NCBI GenBank assembly: GCA_963668675.2 | Contig: CAXXMB010000002.1 | Location: 2,726,154 to 2,790,153 of the forward strand | Reading direction: 5' to 3' | From: an uncultured Desulfatitalea sp. | Lineage (GTDB): Bacteria; Desulfobacterota; Desulfobacteria; Desulfobacterales; Desulfosarcinaceae | Length of the DNA: 64,000 nt | Shown: positions 30,691 through 40,268 of the stretch, piece by piece | Layout of the letters: each line of letters starts with the position of its first letter | Position numbering within the stretch: the first letter of the stretch is position 1 | Translations under genes and position numbers: made by a program | The notes under the pieces: generated by a model | Seen by the model: only the letters and a program-made list of their open reading frames with translations | The model's database searches: none | What the model was told of the DNA's origin: nothing

Positions 30691-30830
30691 TGGTACCGAT
30701 TGTTTATCCGGCGTAATGTTGGAGCGACGCTTTGGCCAGCGGGCAAGATGCCGATCAAGGGCCTTGCCCATCTTGTTAGATCAATTGACCGTTCCTTTAC
30801 CACATGTATCGATCCGAAGGAGGCACCCCG

Positions 30831-30986
30831 ATGTCATTAAAAACACAACTTTTGATCTACCTGCTGGCCATGGCTCTTTTTGACGTGATCATTCCGATCC
30901 CCATAACAGCCATGGCCCTGATCTTTGTGCTTTATCAGAAGCCGAGGTGGTTCAAGGAGTGGGTCGATACCGTATACAGGGACTGA
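30831..30986 (+). CDS. Small hypothetical membrane protein (51 aa)
   Basis: ATG 30831 preceded by AGGAGG. Hydrophobic LLIYLLAMALFDVIIPIPITAMALIFVL. Confidence 0.35.
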   Translation: MSLKTQLLIYLLAMALFDVIIPIPITAMALIFVLYQKPRWFKEWVDTVYRD

Positions 30987-31181
30987 GAGCCGTTCGGCCC
31001 CATTTCCATGAGCAGGTTCAAGAATAGTTAGCGATTCATGCACTGCTATATGGTTGCTTATCCCCTATTGCATTTTTCCTGATCGGTATACTTGACTTGA
31101 TCCAATCTCATCCGGTTCTAACAATTCGAATATACCGTTTAATTTTGTGAGTAATAGATCTGCCTAAAAGGAGAAAGCGCC

Positions 31182-31778
31182 ATGCAACGTATCGATCTGC
31201 TTCCCGAAAAGAAAATCTCCGGTACAGGACCTATGGCAGTCGCTTTCCAGGAGCGCGGGATTCAGCGTTTTCAGGCCGCCTGTGAGTATGTGCACCGCAT
31301 GCCCTACGGCTATAACTCGGACCGCGACGACGTGATGGTTCTGTTCAAGGAGGGCAAGGGGAGCTGTGCCACCAAGCATGCCGTCATCGCCACCCTGGCC
31401 TCTGAAATAGGGCTTTCAGTGGTCAAGCGTATCGGCATCTATGCCATGACCGAGTCCCTGGTGACAGGGGCGGAGGCGATTCTGGAGCGGTATGGGCTGC
31501 CCTATGTCCCAATGCTTCATTGCTTTTTGGCGTTCGGCGATGCCTTCGTTGATCTGACCGCCGGCAACCATAACGGAAAGAACCGAAGCATCGACGTGTT
31601 CCTGCATACCGAAGCGGTCCCGCCCAATATCTCCGCCAAGGAGGAGTATCTGCGCTACCGCACTGCCCTTAAATCGCTGCTCGAAAGCCGCGAGGAGTTG
31701 AAGGGGATCAAGATGAGTACAATCCTCAAGGCCCGGGAAGAGGGGATTGTTTTGCTCAGGGCCAATATCGGCGAGTAG
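31182..31778 (+). CDS. Hypothetical protein; possible transglutaminase-like Cys/His fold (weak)
   Basis: AAAGGAGAAAG RBS. GKGSCATKHA and LHCFL motifs only. Confidence 0.5.
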   Translation: MQRIDLLPEKKISGTGPMAVAFQERGIQRFQAACEYVHRMPYGYNSDRDDVMVLFKEGKGSCATKHAVIATLASEIGLSVVKRIGIYAMTESLVTGAEAILERYGLPYVPMLHCFLAFGDAFVDLTAGNHNGKNRSIDVFLHTEAVPPNISAKEEYLRYRTALKSLLESREELKGIKMSTILKAREEGIVLLRANIGE

Positions 31779-31837
31779 GTCAGACCACCCACTGGACCCT
31801 CCTCCTTGAGTGGATCTATCGAAACCCGAATGTTGAG

Positions 31838-33529
31838 TCAGCTATTTGTCAGGTCTTCGGCGAGTTCATTGATGTAGACTTCGATGGCCGTGTAGCCCGA
31901 CGGCATGACGGTGTTGAAGTCATCAGCGCCGGTGGGATCGAGGCCGTGGGCCAGCTCCCATGCGTCGGCCATGCCGTCGTTATCACAATCCTGGGGAGCG
32001 GGTGCCGGGACGAGGCCCTCCATGTAGTCGCCGGGTTCATAGGCGCCCCATGTGCCGGTGCCGTCGGTGGTCTCCTGGATGGCCCGTCGGGTGACGGTGT
32101 CGCGGGGGAATGCGCCTGCACGCTCCATCACCCGGCCGAATACCTCTCCCGAGGGGTGCACCGTGGTTTCGGCATAATAGGCGGATCGGCCGCTGAAGTC
32201 GAACATGCTGTTGGATCGGTACGATTCGCCCAGGTTGAGGTTTTGGGAGCACTCGCTCCAGGGGTTGTCCACCACGCCGTCGCAACTGCTGGAAGGGTCA
32301 TCGATGAAATTGTCGGCCAGAAAGTATGACAGATCAGGGGCGCTGCCGTTGTCTTCATCATCGAAGTAGAACGGTATCAGCGTGTCGTCGGCCCCATCGA
32401 TGTAGTGATTGCCGACGATGTTGAACTGCCCCGACGCCGGGTTGTGGTGCACGAAACCGTGGCGCACGTTGTAGACCACATTGTTGATCACCTCGGAAGG
32501 TCCGTTGGCGATTGCCGGGCAGCGGTTGCGGTGATGGGCAAAAAGGTTGTGGTGCACCGACACGCGCGTACCGGATGGGCCGCTGATCAGGCCGTAGTTG
32601 TGCAGTCCTTCCGGATGGCCAGTGGTGCCGGACATCTCGATGGTCGACCACTGCAGTGTGACATCCTGAGCTTCGTAGATATCGATCGTTTCGTCCACTC
32701 CGAACGCGACGGAGATGTGGTCGAAGATCAACCGGCGGTTTCTGGAGAACTGGATGCCATCGAACTGCTCGCCGTCGGAGTCGTCATAGGCCGGGCGGAT
32801 GCGCAGATGGCGGATGATCATGTTGTCGACGCCGTATTGGTAAGCGCCATATAGGCGACCTTTGATGGTGATGCCGCCCCCCGGAGCCGTTTGGCCGGCG
32901 ATGGTTACATCGCCGTAGGGGATGCGGACGATATCGGCCTCGATCACCCCGCTGACGGCAAAGACTATGGTGCGCGGCGCTTTGACATTGAGGGCCTCCT
33001 GGAGAGAGCCGGGGCCGTCGGCCGCCAGACTGGTCACCTTAATGATCTGCCCACCGCGACCGCCAGTGGCGTAGGCGCCGAATCCCTCGGCTCCCGGAAA
33101 GGCTTTCAATCCATTGGTTTGGGCTGCCGACGTTGCCGCCGTGACGCTGTCGGATCGCTCACTCTCATTGCCGGCGGCATCGTAGGCCGTCACCTCGTAG
33201 GTGTAGGCCGTATCGGCCGTCAGGCCGGTGTCCGAATAGGTCGCGGTTCCCAAGTCTACCAGCGCCGATCCGTTGCGATAGATGGTGTAGCCCACCACCG
33301 CCCGATCATCGGCGGCGGCATCCCACGCCAGATTGATCTGAGACGAGCTGACCGCTTCGGCCCCAAGGTTCAGGGGGGCGGAGGGCGCCTGAACGTCCTC
33401 TGTATCAACGATACCTCCTCCTCCCGCATCATCGGCCGGTGCGGTTGCATCGCTGCCACATCCCATAACGGTCGCGGAAAAGAGAAACAGAAGCAGCGCC
33501 AATCCAAAAAGAGACCTTCTTGTCGGCAT
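31838..33529 (-). CDS. Lipoprotein: FN3 domain + pectate-lyase-like parallel beta-helix + C-terminal DxDxDG calcium-binding-type motif
   Basis: Lipobox FSATVMGCGS. FN3 (INLAWDAAADDRAVVGYTIY..YEVTAYDAAGNES). FPGAEGFGAYATGGRGGQIIKVTSL typical of PL1-like lyases. DCDNDGMADAWE near the C-terminus. Confidence 0.75.
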   Translation of the reverse strand: MPTRRSLFGLALLLFLFSATVMGCGSDATAPADDAGGGGIVDTEDVQAPSAPLNLGAEAVSSSQINLAWDAAADDRAVVGYTIYRNGSALVDLGTATYSDTGLTADTAYTYEVTAYDAAGNESERSDSVTAATSAAQTNGLKAFPGAEGFGAYATGGRGGQIIKVTSLAADGPGSLQEALNVKAPRTIVFAVSGVIEADIVRIPYGDVTIAGQTAPGGGITIKGRLYGAYQYGVDNMIIRHLRIRPAYDDSDGEQFDGIQFSRNRRLIFDHISVAFGVDETIDIYEAQDVTLQWSTIEMSGTTGHPEGLHNYGLISGPSGTRVSVHHNLFAHHRNRCPAIANGPSEVINNVVYNVRHGFVHHNPASGQFNIVGNHYIDGADDTLIPFYFDDEDNGSAPDLSYFLADNFIDDPSSSCDGVVDNPWSECSQNLNLGESYRSNSMFDFSGRSAYYAETTVHPSGEVFGRVMERAGAFPRDTVTRRAIQETTDGTGTWGAYEPGDYMEGLVPAPAPQDCDNDGMADAWELAHGLDPTGADDFNTVMPSGYTAIEVYINELAEDLTNS

Positions 33530-33770
33530 CCAAGCGTGTGTCTTCAACGGTGCACACGTTGCGTTTTGTTGTACGTTTTTTTCCCGTCGTGTAAGCATGA
33601 AATCCGTCGTCCAATAGTCTGATATTCTTTAAATACAGATCTATAATTCCGAATTCGGCTGAGCTTTGCCGGAAAGTTGACGCAAAAATTGTACCAAAGG
33701 TGCCGCCGCGCCAATGATATTGTCCTCGCGCAACTGATTCCTGGTTTAGTTATCGGCTTCGCGGCTTTTA

Positions 33771-34553
33771 CTATCTGAAATGCCGACTTCTTGCTTCGGA
33801 TTGCAGGCGCGCAAAATTGCCGCCCACAACAGCGTTTTCTATGTCTCGATCGAGGCCCATGCCGCAAACTTTGTGCAACTCTTCCGCGGGGTGACCGAAG
33901 GGAAAGTCTGAGCCGAAAAGCAGTCTTTCATGGCCGTAATGCAGGAGGTATTCACGTATCTCTTCACGGGATGCCAGCGCCGTGTCGGCCCAAACATTCT
34001 CCATTTCCCAAAGACCCGCTGAGGCGATGGCGCTGAAACCACCGTTTAAACCTCCCAGGTGCGGAATGATCACCCTGATCCCCCGTGCCATTTCGTGGAT
34101 GAAGTGCACCGTGTGATCAAACTCTTCTTCGAGTACGATCGGCAGGTTGCGCCGCCGGATTTTGTCAAGAGCGTGACGGCATCGAGGTTCGTCATAGTGG
34201 TAAAGTGGTTCGCTGGCATGCCGGTGCCATTTGATGCCGCGATGTGCAGATGTCAGCTGTTCGACCGCAAAGTCGTTCCAAATGAAAAAGTAGGGGTAGA
34301 CGGTCAGTCCGGAAGTCTTCAGGGAGAGCAGGTGGGCGTTGCTCTTTTGGCGGCGTTTTTGCCAGGAAGGTGTGTCAACGAAGTTGCGGTCATAGCGGTC
34401 GTAGATCTCGTAAACCGGAGAGAAAAAGGCCACGCCTTCTATTTCCGTGCCCTTAATATGCCTAGCGTAATCATCTACGGATTGTGGCCAACTGTCGTCA
34501 AGGATGCCGCAATGGGCGTGGGCGTCGATAATGGTCACAGAAGATGTCGCCAT
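33771..34553 (-). CDS. Amidohydrolase-2-type metal-dependent TIM-barrel hydrolase
   Basis: IIDAHAHCG N-terminal motif, later HLGG and FGSDFPF. Confidence 0.7.
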   Translation of the reverse strand: MATSSVTIIDAHAHCGILDDSWPQSVDDYARHIKGTEIEGVAFFSPVYEIYDRYDRNFVDTPSWQKRRQKSNAHLLSLKTSGLTVYPYFFIWNDFAVEQLTSAHRGIKWHRHASEPLYHYDEPRCRHALDKIRRRNLPIVLEEEFDHTVHFIHEMARGIRVIIPHLGGLNGGFSAIASAGLWEMENVWADTALASREEIREYLLHYGHERLLFGSDFPFGHPAEELHKVCGMGLDRDIENAVVGGNFARLQSEARSRHFR

Positions 34554-34593
34554 TGTTATTCAACTTCCCCTTTTTTCAGGAAATCGACCTGAT

Positions 34594-36501
34594 TTAAACA
34601 GTTCCTTCCTTTGCTATTATTTTTTTAGCCCACAGGTCCGGTGCCGTTTTGAACACCCAACGACGTTGAAGATCCAGTTTGGCGAATGCAATATGGGGCA
34701 GGTCGTCTGCCGAAGATGCGAAACGGTCTTGCCACTCGATGAGTGCTGGTGCGGGCAAGGACGAATCTATGAGCACTCCGTCAAGATGGAACAGGTCGTT
34801 CAACTCCTGCCGTACGGGCGGGATCGCTTTACTCCACCAAAAGACTTGTCGCTCCATCTCTCCGCTGTGTTGCCGTCGGGGCTCCTGGTTGACGATAGTG
34901 AAGATCACGGCCCGATTGCCGGGCTTTTCATAAAGAAAGCGTTCTTCGAGATCAAGGAAATGGGGTCGTTTGAGGTGTACGGCCGAAAGTAATTTTTTAC
35001 GGTCGGGCCTTCGTCCGGGTGAGAGAAAGATCATTTCAAAGGGCGTAAAGGGATTGGCGGCAGTGAGCGTCGAAAGTATGTGGCACAGCGTCTCCTCATC
35101 GGAAAAGTTCGGATCGACAAAGAGCTGGTAGGGGTAGCTCAAACGTTTCGAGATCGATTCTATTGCTTCGGCCGGACGAGGCGACTTGAGATAGAGCTTG
35201 GTGAAGAGCGTCCGGTTGCCGATGCGGGCGGTTACATCGTCGGTTCGGCGTTTTTCCGAGCTGCGCCAGGCGATGTTCAGGTCGGGGAAGGGGTAGAACG
35301 CGGCATCGAAGCTCGTTTCGGCATACTTGATGGCCTGCTGCATTTCGCTGCTGGAAAAGGCGGGAGTTTCCAGCACCGTGTAGGGCGGTTCGGGCGTAAA
35401 AATCAGTCCGAGTGCTTTGCTCTTTCTGCGGAAATCGGTTCCGGGCAGCACAGAGAGGGGGAAGATCTGGACATCGTCGGCCAGGCCGTTTTCCGCAAGA
35501 AAGTCGACCGACCGTTTGAAGCCGGCCAGGTCGTCTCCGGGCAACCCCAGAATCAGGTCGATCTGGGGGCGGATCCCCCGTTCCTTGAGCAGGTGCGCGC
35601 CCTGGGCGAGCCGCTTGAGATCGGTGCGGCGATTCATCAGTTCGAGGGCCCTGGGATTGGTGGACTGCAGCCCGATTTCGAGCCAGCGGAAACCGACATC
35701 CTGAAAACGATCGGCCAGGGGAGCGTCGATCGATTCGGCCCGGATTTCACTCACAAAGCCGATTAGATGATCCCGGTTGCGCGCTGCCAGCTCCGCCAGA
35801 AAGGCCTGCAGGCGGGGTCGTGCGCTCAGGCATGGGTCCAGCAGATAGATCTCTCCGACGCACCGTTCCCGTGCCCAGTCAATTGCATCGAAGACAAGCG
35901 TTTCCGAGGCAAAGCTCAGCCCCTGGCGTGACTTGTTGTAGTGGCAGTAGCCGCAGTGATAGGGGCAGCCACGCTGTGTCTCCAGGAGCATGATATTGCC
36001 CGGGCCCGGGTCGAGCCATCCGGAGAGATAGGGGCTGACGTTCGATTCGAAAATGCCATCGACCGCAGCGGACGCTGAGCCGCGCTTCCAGAACCCCGGC
36101 TCGCAATGCAGTCTTTGAAAAACGGCCTCGCCCTCCCCGTAGACCAGAAAATCAGCGGGTGATCCGGTGAGCCGTGGATTGTCGGGTGTGATTTCGGGGC
36201 CGCCGAATATGATGCGCACGTCGCCAAGCTGCTTGATTCTCCCGGCAATATACAGCGAGCGGTCCAGGTTCCAGCAATAGACGGTAAATCCTACGATAGT
36301 GGGGCGCAGGGCAATGATCCGGTCCATCAGGGCGGCGTCACCCAAATAGGAGACTTCACTCTCGGGAAGGATAGTGACTTGGCTGTCGGCCGATGGTGCG
36401 GCCGATTGGGCCAGCCAGGCGGCGGCCAGGGGCACATTTCCGGTTTGTCGGCCAAAATTGGTTTGCGGCACCGGCAATTGAATCAATAGGGTGTTGTTCA
36501 T
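34594..36501 (-). CDS. B12-binding-domain radical SAM protein with a long uncharacterised C-terminal domain
   Basis: N-terminal B12-like fold (IVGFTVYCWN..IIFGGPE) and CxxxCxxC cluster ETQRGCPYHCGYCHY. ATG 36501 lies 19 nt after the pcm stop. Confidence 0.85.
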   Translation of the reverse strand: MNNTLLIQLPVPQTNFGRQTGNVPLAAAWLAQSAAPSADSQVTILPESEVSYLGDAALMDRIIALRPTIVGFTVYCWNLDRSLYIAGRIKQLGDVRIIFGGPEITPDNPRLTGSPADFLVYGEGEAVFQRLHCEPGFWKRGSASAAVDGIFESNVSPYLSGWLDPGPGNIMLLETQRGCPYHCGYCHYNKSRQGLSFASETLVFDAIDWARERCVGEIYLLDPCLSARPRLQAFLAELAARNRDHLIGFVSEIRAESIDAPLADRFQDVGFRWLEIGLQSTNPRALELMNRRTDLKRLAQGAHLLKERGIRPQIDLILGLPGDDLAGFKRSVDFLAENGLADDVQIFPLSVLPGTDFRRKSKALGLIFTPEPPYTVLETPAFSSSEMQQAIKYAETSFDAAFYPFPDLNIAWRSSEKRRTDDVTARIGNRTLFTKLYLKSPRPAEAIESISKRLSYPYQLFVDPNFSDEETLCHILSTLTAANPFTPFEMIFLSPGRRPDRKKLLSAVHLKRPHFLDLEERFLYEKPGNRAVIFTIVNQEPRRQHSGEMERQVFWWSKAIPPVRQELNDLFHLDGVLIDSSLPAPALIEWQDRFASSADDLPHIAFAKLDLQRRWVFKTAPDLWAKKIIAKEGTV

Positions 36502-36520
36502 GGGGCCCGAGATTCCTGTT

Positions 36521-37264
36521 CTAATACTTTTTCCCAGCCCCATCCACCATGGGAACGAAACGCACATCCTCAATCCTCTCTTCGATAATGTGCCCCTCTT
36601 TTTTGGTCAGTCGCACCAACTTTTGGTAGAAGAGGTTGCCTATCGGAATGACCAGGCGGCCGCCTTCTGCCAACTGGTCGGTGAGCGGCTTGGGAATTCC
36701 GGACGGCGAGCAGGTGACGATGATGCCGTCAAACGGCGCCATTTCCGGCCATCCTCGGTATCCATCGCCGATTCTAACGTGCACCTGTTTGTATCCCATG
36801 GAGTCCAATACCTCTTCGGCCTGCTTGCCCAGGTCCGGTATGATCTCGATCGAGTAGACCACCACCCCCATTTCGGCCAGCACCGCCGCCTGGTATCCCG
36901 AGCCGGTGCCGATCTCAAGGACCCGCTGGCCCGGCCGCACCTTGAGCACCTCCGACATCAAGGCAACGATGTAGGGCTGGGAGATGGTCTGATCGTGCCC
37001 GATGGGCAGGGGTTGGTCGTCATAGGCCTTGGATTGCAGCGCTTCAGGGACGAAGCGATGCCTCGGTACGCTGCGCATGGCCCGCAGGACGGCTTCATCC
37101 TCGATGCCGCGTTTTGCGAGCTGCCGCGTCACCATCTCGCGGCGTTCGTCAGCCCTGTCGTCCGGGCGCTCTGCGGCTGGACAGTCGCCAATGGTTATCT
37201 GAAGTAAAAGGGGCAGTATCGTAAAGAGAGAAAGGCGTGCCAGGAGACAATGATAGGTCGGCAT
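36521..37264 (-). CDS. pcm: Protein-L-isoaspartate O-methyltransferase family, with signal-like N-terminus
   Basis: GHDQTISQPYIVALM, VLEIGTGSGYQAAVLA. AGGAGG RBS. Hydrophobic N-terminus LLARLSLFTILPLLL. Confidence 0.85.
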   Translation of the reverse strand: MPTYHCLLARLSLFTILPLLLQITIGDCPAAERPDDRADERREMVTRQLAKRGIEDEAVLRAMRSVPRHRFVPEALQSKAYDDQPLPIGHDQTISQPYIVALMSEVLKVRPGQRVLEIGTGSGYQAAVLAEMGVVVYSIEIIPDLGKQAEEVLDSMGYKQVHVRIGDGYRGWPEMAPFDGIIVTCSPSGIPKPLTDQLAEGGRLVIPIGNLFYQKLVRLTKKEGHIIEERIEDVRFVPMVDGAGKKY

Positions 37265-37519
37265 GGTCTATCCTCCTGTTGTTGGTCCTCCTGTTCTTAT
37301 AGAGCACCCGCTTTTACGCGATTTAACTTTTTTGTTGCAACGGTCCCTCATCTCCTGATCGGCCGATCCATTGATCGGCGGTCCACACCCGAGCCTCCCG
37401 GTGCCCCAGGCAGTGGGCGTGGCGCATCACATAGCTTTGGATTCTATTAATTTCGGATATCGAGTTTAATTGCATACGATCGACGGGATTTGTCAAGGGG
37501 AGGGATATACAGGTCGCCT

Positions 37520-37547
37520 GTAGGGGCACGACGCATCGTGCCCCTAC
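37520..37547 (-). terminator. GC hairpin downstream of the dienelactone hydrolase gene
   Basis: GTAGGGGCACGA-CGCA-TCGTGCCCCTAC, perfect 12-bp stem. No U-tract on the minus strand. Confidence 0.45.
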
Positions 37548-37577
37548 GAATATATTCGGGTTTTTTTGTGCATGCGA

Positions 37578-38315
37578 TCACTTCAGGGTAGCCGTCAGGT
37601 ACTCGGAGAAACGCTGCCACGATTTTTGGTCCGCATCCTTTCGGTAGCGCTCACCGCCGAAAACGGTAAAGGCGTGGGGCGCTCCGCCGTAGGTGATCAT
37701 CTCGTGAGCCACGCCGCTACTTTCCAACTCCTGGGCGAGTGCGGCGAAATGTTCCATGGTGATGGCCGTGTCGGCCGTGCCGTGCATGATCAGCAGGCTG
37801 CCTTTGGTTTTTGAGTAGTTCTGCCCCTCCGGGGTGCTCAAACCGCCGTGAAACGTGACAAAGCCTTTCAGGTCGGCGCCGGACCTGGCCAGCTCCAAAA
37901 CCGCCGCACCGCCGAAGCAGTACCCCATGGCCACGGCATTGCCGCTGTTGCCCCCCTGAGCCTCGGCCGTTTTCAGAGCGCCATAGAGCAGGGCGCGCAT
38001 TTTTTCCCGATCTTTGTAGAGTTCGCCGGTGTGCTGACGGCGGTCCTTCACCTCCTTCGGGCGGACCCCGGCCCCGAACAGATCGGCTGCAAACACGGCA
38101 TACCCCATTTCGGCCAGCATTTCGGCCCGTTTGACCTCGTAATCGGTCAACCCGTCCCAGTCGTGAATCAGCAACACCAGCGGTGCATTTTTCGAAGGGC
38201 TGACATAGTAGCCCTCGTAAGGCGCCCCATTCACCTGGTAAGTTATTGACTTGCCGGCTGCGCCGGCCATAGACGTCATCATCATGATTGAAATAAGAGC
38301 GATCAATCCTTTCAT
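37578..38315 (-). CDS. Dienelactone hydrolase family protein, secreted
   Basis: Signal peptide LIALISIMMMTSMAGA. LLIHDWDGL, nucleophile elbow GYCFGG. AAGGAGG RBS. Confidence 0.85.
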   Translation of the reverse strand: MKGLIALISIMMMTSMAGAAGKSITYQVNGAPYEGYYVSPSKNAPLVLLIHDWDGLTDYEVKRAEMLAEMGYAVFAADLFGAGVRPKEVKDRRQHTGELYKDREKMRALLYGALKTAEAQGGNSGNAVAMGYCFGGAAVLELARSGADLKGFVTFHGGLSTPEGQNYSKTKGSLLIMHGTADTAITMEHFAALAQELESSGVAHEMITYGGAPHAFTVFGGERYRKDADQKSWQRFSEYLTATLK

Positions 38316-38486
38316 AGGATGCCTCCTTGTGGCTTTGAATTGATGAATGTCATTTCAGCGGGCTGTGAGAGAAGAGCGGGGAGTACCGATAACCGATGGG
38401 GCGTGATTGCCGCTGGAATGACCGGAAGGTATAGGCCCTAATTTAGGCACGGTTCGCAAAAAAGCAAAACGCTTCAGGCGTAGCCT

Positions 38487-38825
38487 TTAATAATCCTCGA
38501 AAGGCTGCAGTCCATAAGCGGATCTGGCTTGGGCACAGGCGCTGTTATGGCAATGAATGTCCCAACCGGGGAGAAAATTTTTGCATGTGGAGGGCCTGCA
38601 GAGGTAAATCGAGCAGTTGACATTTTGGCCGATGGTTCCGACCAGAGCGGTACACCGTTTGAAAAATCCGTTGGTTCCTTTCATGGCACTTCGCGATTTG
38701 TTGATGTGTACCACCAAGGCAAGCGGTACAAGGCCCCCTTCATGGTCATCCACCTCAGTGGATAGAAAAGCGACCTTGTAAAAGGCACAACAAGCTCCGC
38801 AGCTTTGGCATCGATTTGTATTCAA
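38487..38825 (-). CDS. YkgJ-family (CxxCxxCC) zinc/iron-chelating cysteine-cluster protein
   Basis: CQSCGACCAFYKV motif. Only a TTG start is available and the RBS is weak. Confidence 0.6.
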   Translation of the reverse strand: MNTNRCQSCGACCAFYKVAFLSTEVDDHEGGLVPLALVVHINKSRSAMKGTNGFFKRCTALVGTIGQNVNCSIYLCRPSTCKNFLPGWDIHCHNSACAQARSAYGLQPFEDY

Positions 38826-38938
38826 TATATGTGGCCAGTCCCTGGCTGGTTACTATAAGTAGCACCTTTCCTTAGAAATAGGGAGCGATAAATGGATTGG
38901 CGGGAAAGATCGAAAAGAGACGCAACACCGAGGCAAGC

Positions 38939-40225
38939 TTAAGATAGGTCTCTCTCAAACGTGTCCCTTTCCATCCGGTGGGATAAATTCAGGATGTCTG
39001 TCCCAGAGGGGTATTGGAAGATCTTCAGATCGAACTCGCCGACAATGGAGAGGAGGTGGTCGAAGATGTCGGATTGGACGGCTTCGTAGTTGACCCAGGC
39101 CTTGTCTTTGCAGAAGGCGTAAACCTCCAGCGGTAAACCTTGCGCGGTCGGTGCCAACTGCCGCACCATCAGGATCAGCTCCGTATTGATCATGGGGTGG
39201 CTGCGCAGGTAGGCTGCCGCATAGGCCCTGAAGGTGCCGATGTTGGTCAGGCGCCGGGTGTTGGCGGAATCCTGCGACTGTCCGCCCAGCTCGCTGTTGT
39301 GCCGCGCAACCTCCTGATGCTTTTGCTGCATGTATTCGGAGATGTGGCGGATACCGGCATAGCGTGTCAGCATCTCCGGTGTGCAGAATTTGATGGAATT
39401 CATATCGATAAAGATGGCCCGTTTGATGCGTCTGCCCTTGGACTCCTGCATTCCGCGCCAGTTCTTGAACGAGTCGTTGATCAGGGCATAGGTTGGAATG
39501 GTGGTGATGGTATTGTCCCAGTTGGCCACCTTGACGGTCGTCAGGGTGATGTCCATCACGTCGCCGTCGGCCCCATATTTGGGCATTTCGATCCAGTCGC
39601 CGTTTTTCAGCATGCGGTTGGAGATCAGCTGAATGCCGGCCACGAACCCCAGTATGGGATCTTTGAAGATCAGCATCAAGACAGCTGTGAGTGCCCCCAA
39701 GCCGCTGAGCAGGTAGATCGGGGAGCGGTCGAGCACCACGGCGACGGCCATGATCAGCGCGGTGCAGTAGAGGATGATTTTGAGCACCTGGGCGAAGCCC
39801 TTGAGCGGGATCTCCCGGGAGACGCGCAAGGTCTGGTAGATGTCGTGCAGAGAGTTGATCAGGGCGTCCACCACCAGCGCACCAACGACGATAAAGTAGA
39901 TATTGAGAACGCCCGCAGCCGTGGCAATGGCATGGTCGTAACCTTTGAGCACCATGGGAAGAAAAAGGTGGATGATGAGCGCCGGTACGATCAAGGTGAG
40001 GCGCATGAAGAGCTGGTTTTCCTGCAGCCGGTTGTCCCAGGCCATCTTCGTACGTTCGATCAGGCGGTGCACGATACTGCGCGCGATACGGCGGCTGATT
40101 TGAAATGCAATAGAGGCGATCAGCAGCACAGCCGCTGCCAGGATGGCCCTGGCCAGGATCGTACTGGACTCAGTGCCCAGGTTGAAGGCTGATAGCCAAG
40201 ATTCAATCCATTGGGAAAGGCTCAT
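38939..40225 (-). CDS. Mechanosensitive ion channel (MscS family)
   Basis: TM helices followed by the MscS beta-domain block GDWIEMPKYGADGDVMDITLTTVKVANWDNTITTIPT. ATG 40225 preceded by AAGAGG; the ORF opens at TTG 40276. Confidence 0.85.
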   Translation of the reverse strand: MSLSQWIESWLSAFNLGTESSTILARAILAAAVLLIASIAFQISRRIARSIVHRLIERTKMAWDNRLQENQLFMRLTLIVPALIIHLFLPMVLKGYDHAIATAAGVLNIYFIVVGALVVDALINSLHDIYQTLRVSREIPLKGFAQVLKIILYCTALIMAVAVVLDRSPIYLLSGLGALTAVLMLIFKDPILGFVAGIQLISNRMLKNGDWIEMPKYGADGDVMDITLTTVKVANWDNTITTIPTYALINDSFKNWRGMQESKGRRIKRAIFIDMNSIKFCTPEMLTRYAGIRHISEYMQQKHQEVARHNSELGGQSQDSANTRRLTNIGTFRAYAAAYLRSHPMINTELILMVRQLAPTAQGLPLEVYAFCKDKAWVNYEAVQSDIFDHLLSIVGEFDLKIFQYPSGTDILNLSHRMERDTFERDLS

Positions 40226-40268
40226 GATAACCTCTTCTTTTTCGGTCGTCATCTCTACCACTGCTTGT

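Noticed and set aside
37323-37529. 68-aa minus-strand ORF upstream of pcm, considered as a possible RiPP precursor for the rSAM operon
   Set aside because: No RBS and no leader/core-like features. It overlaps the GC hairpin downstream of the DLH gene.
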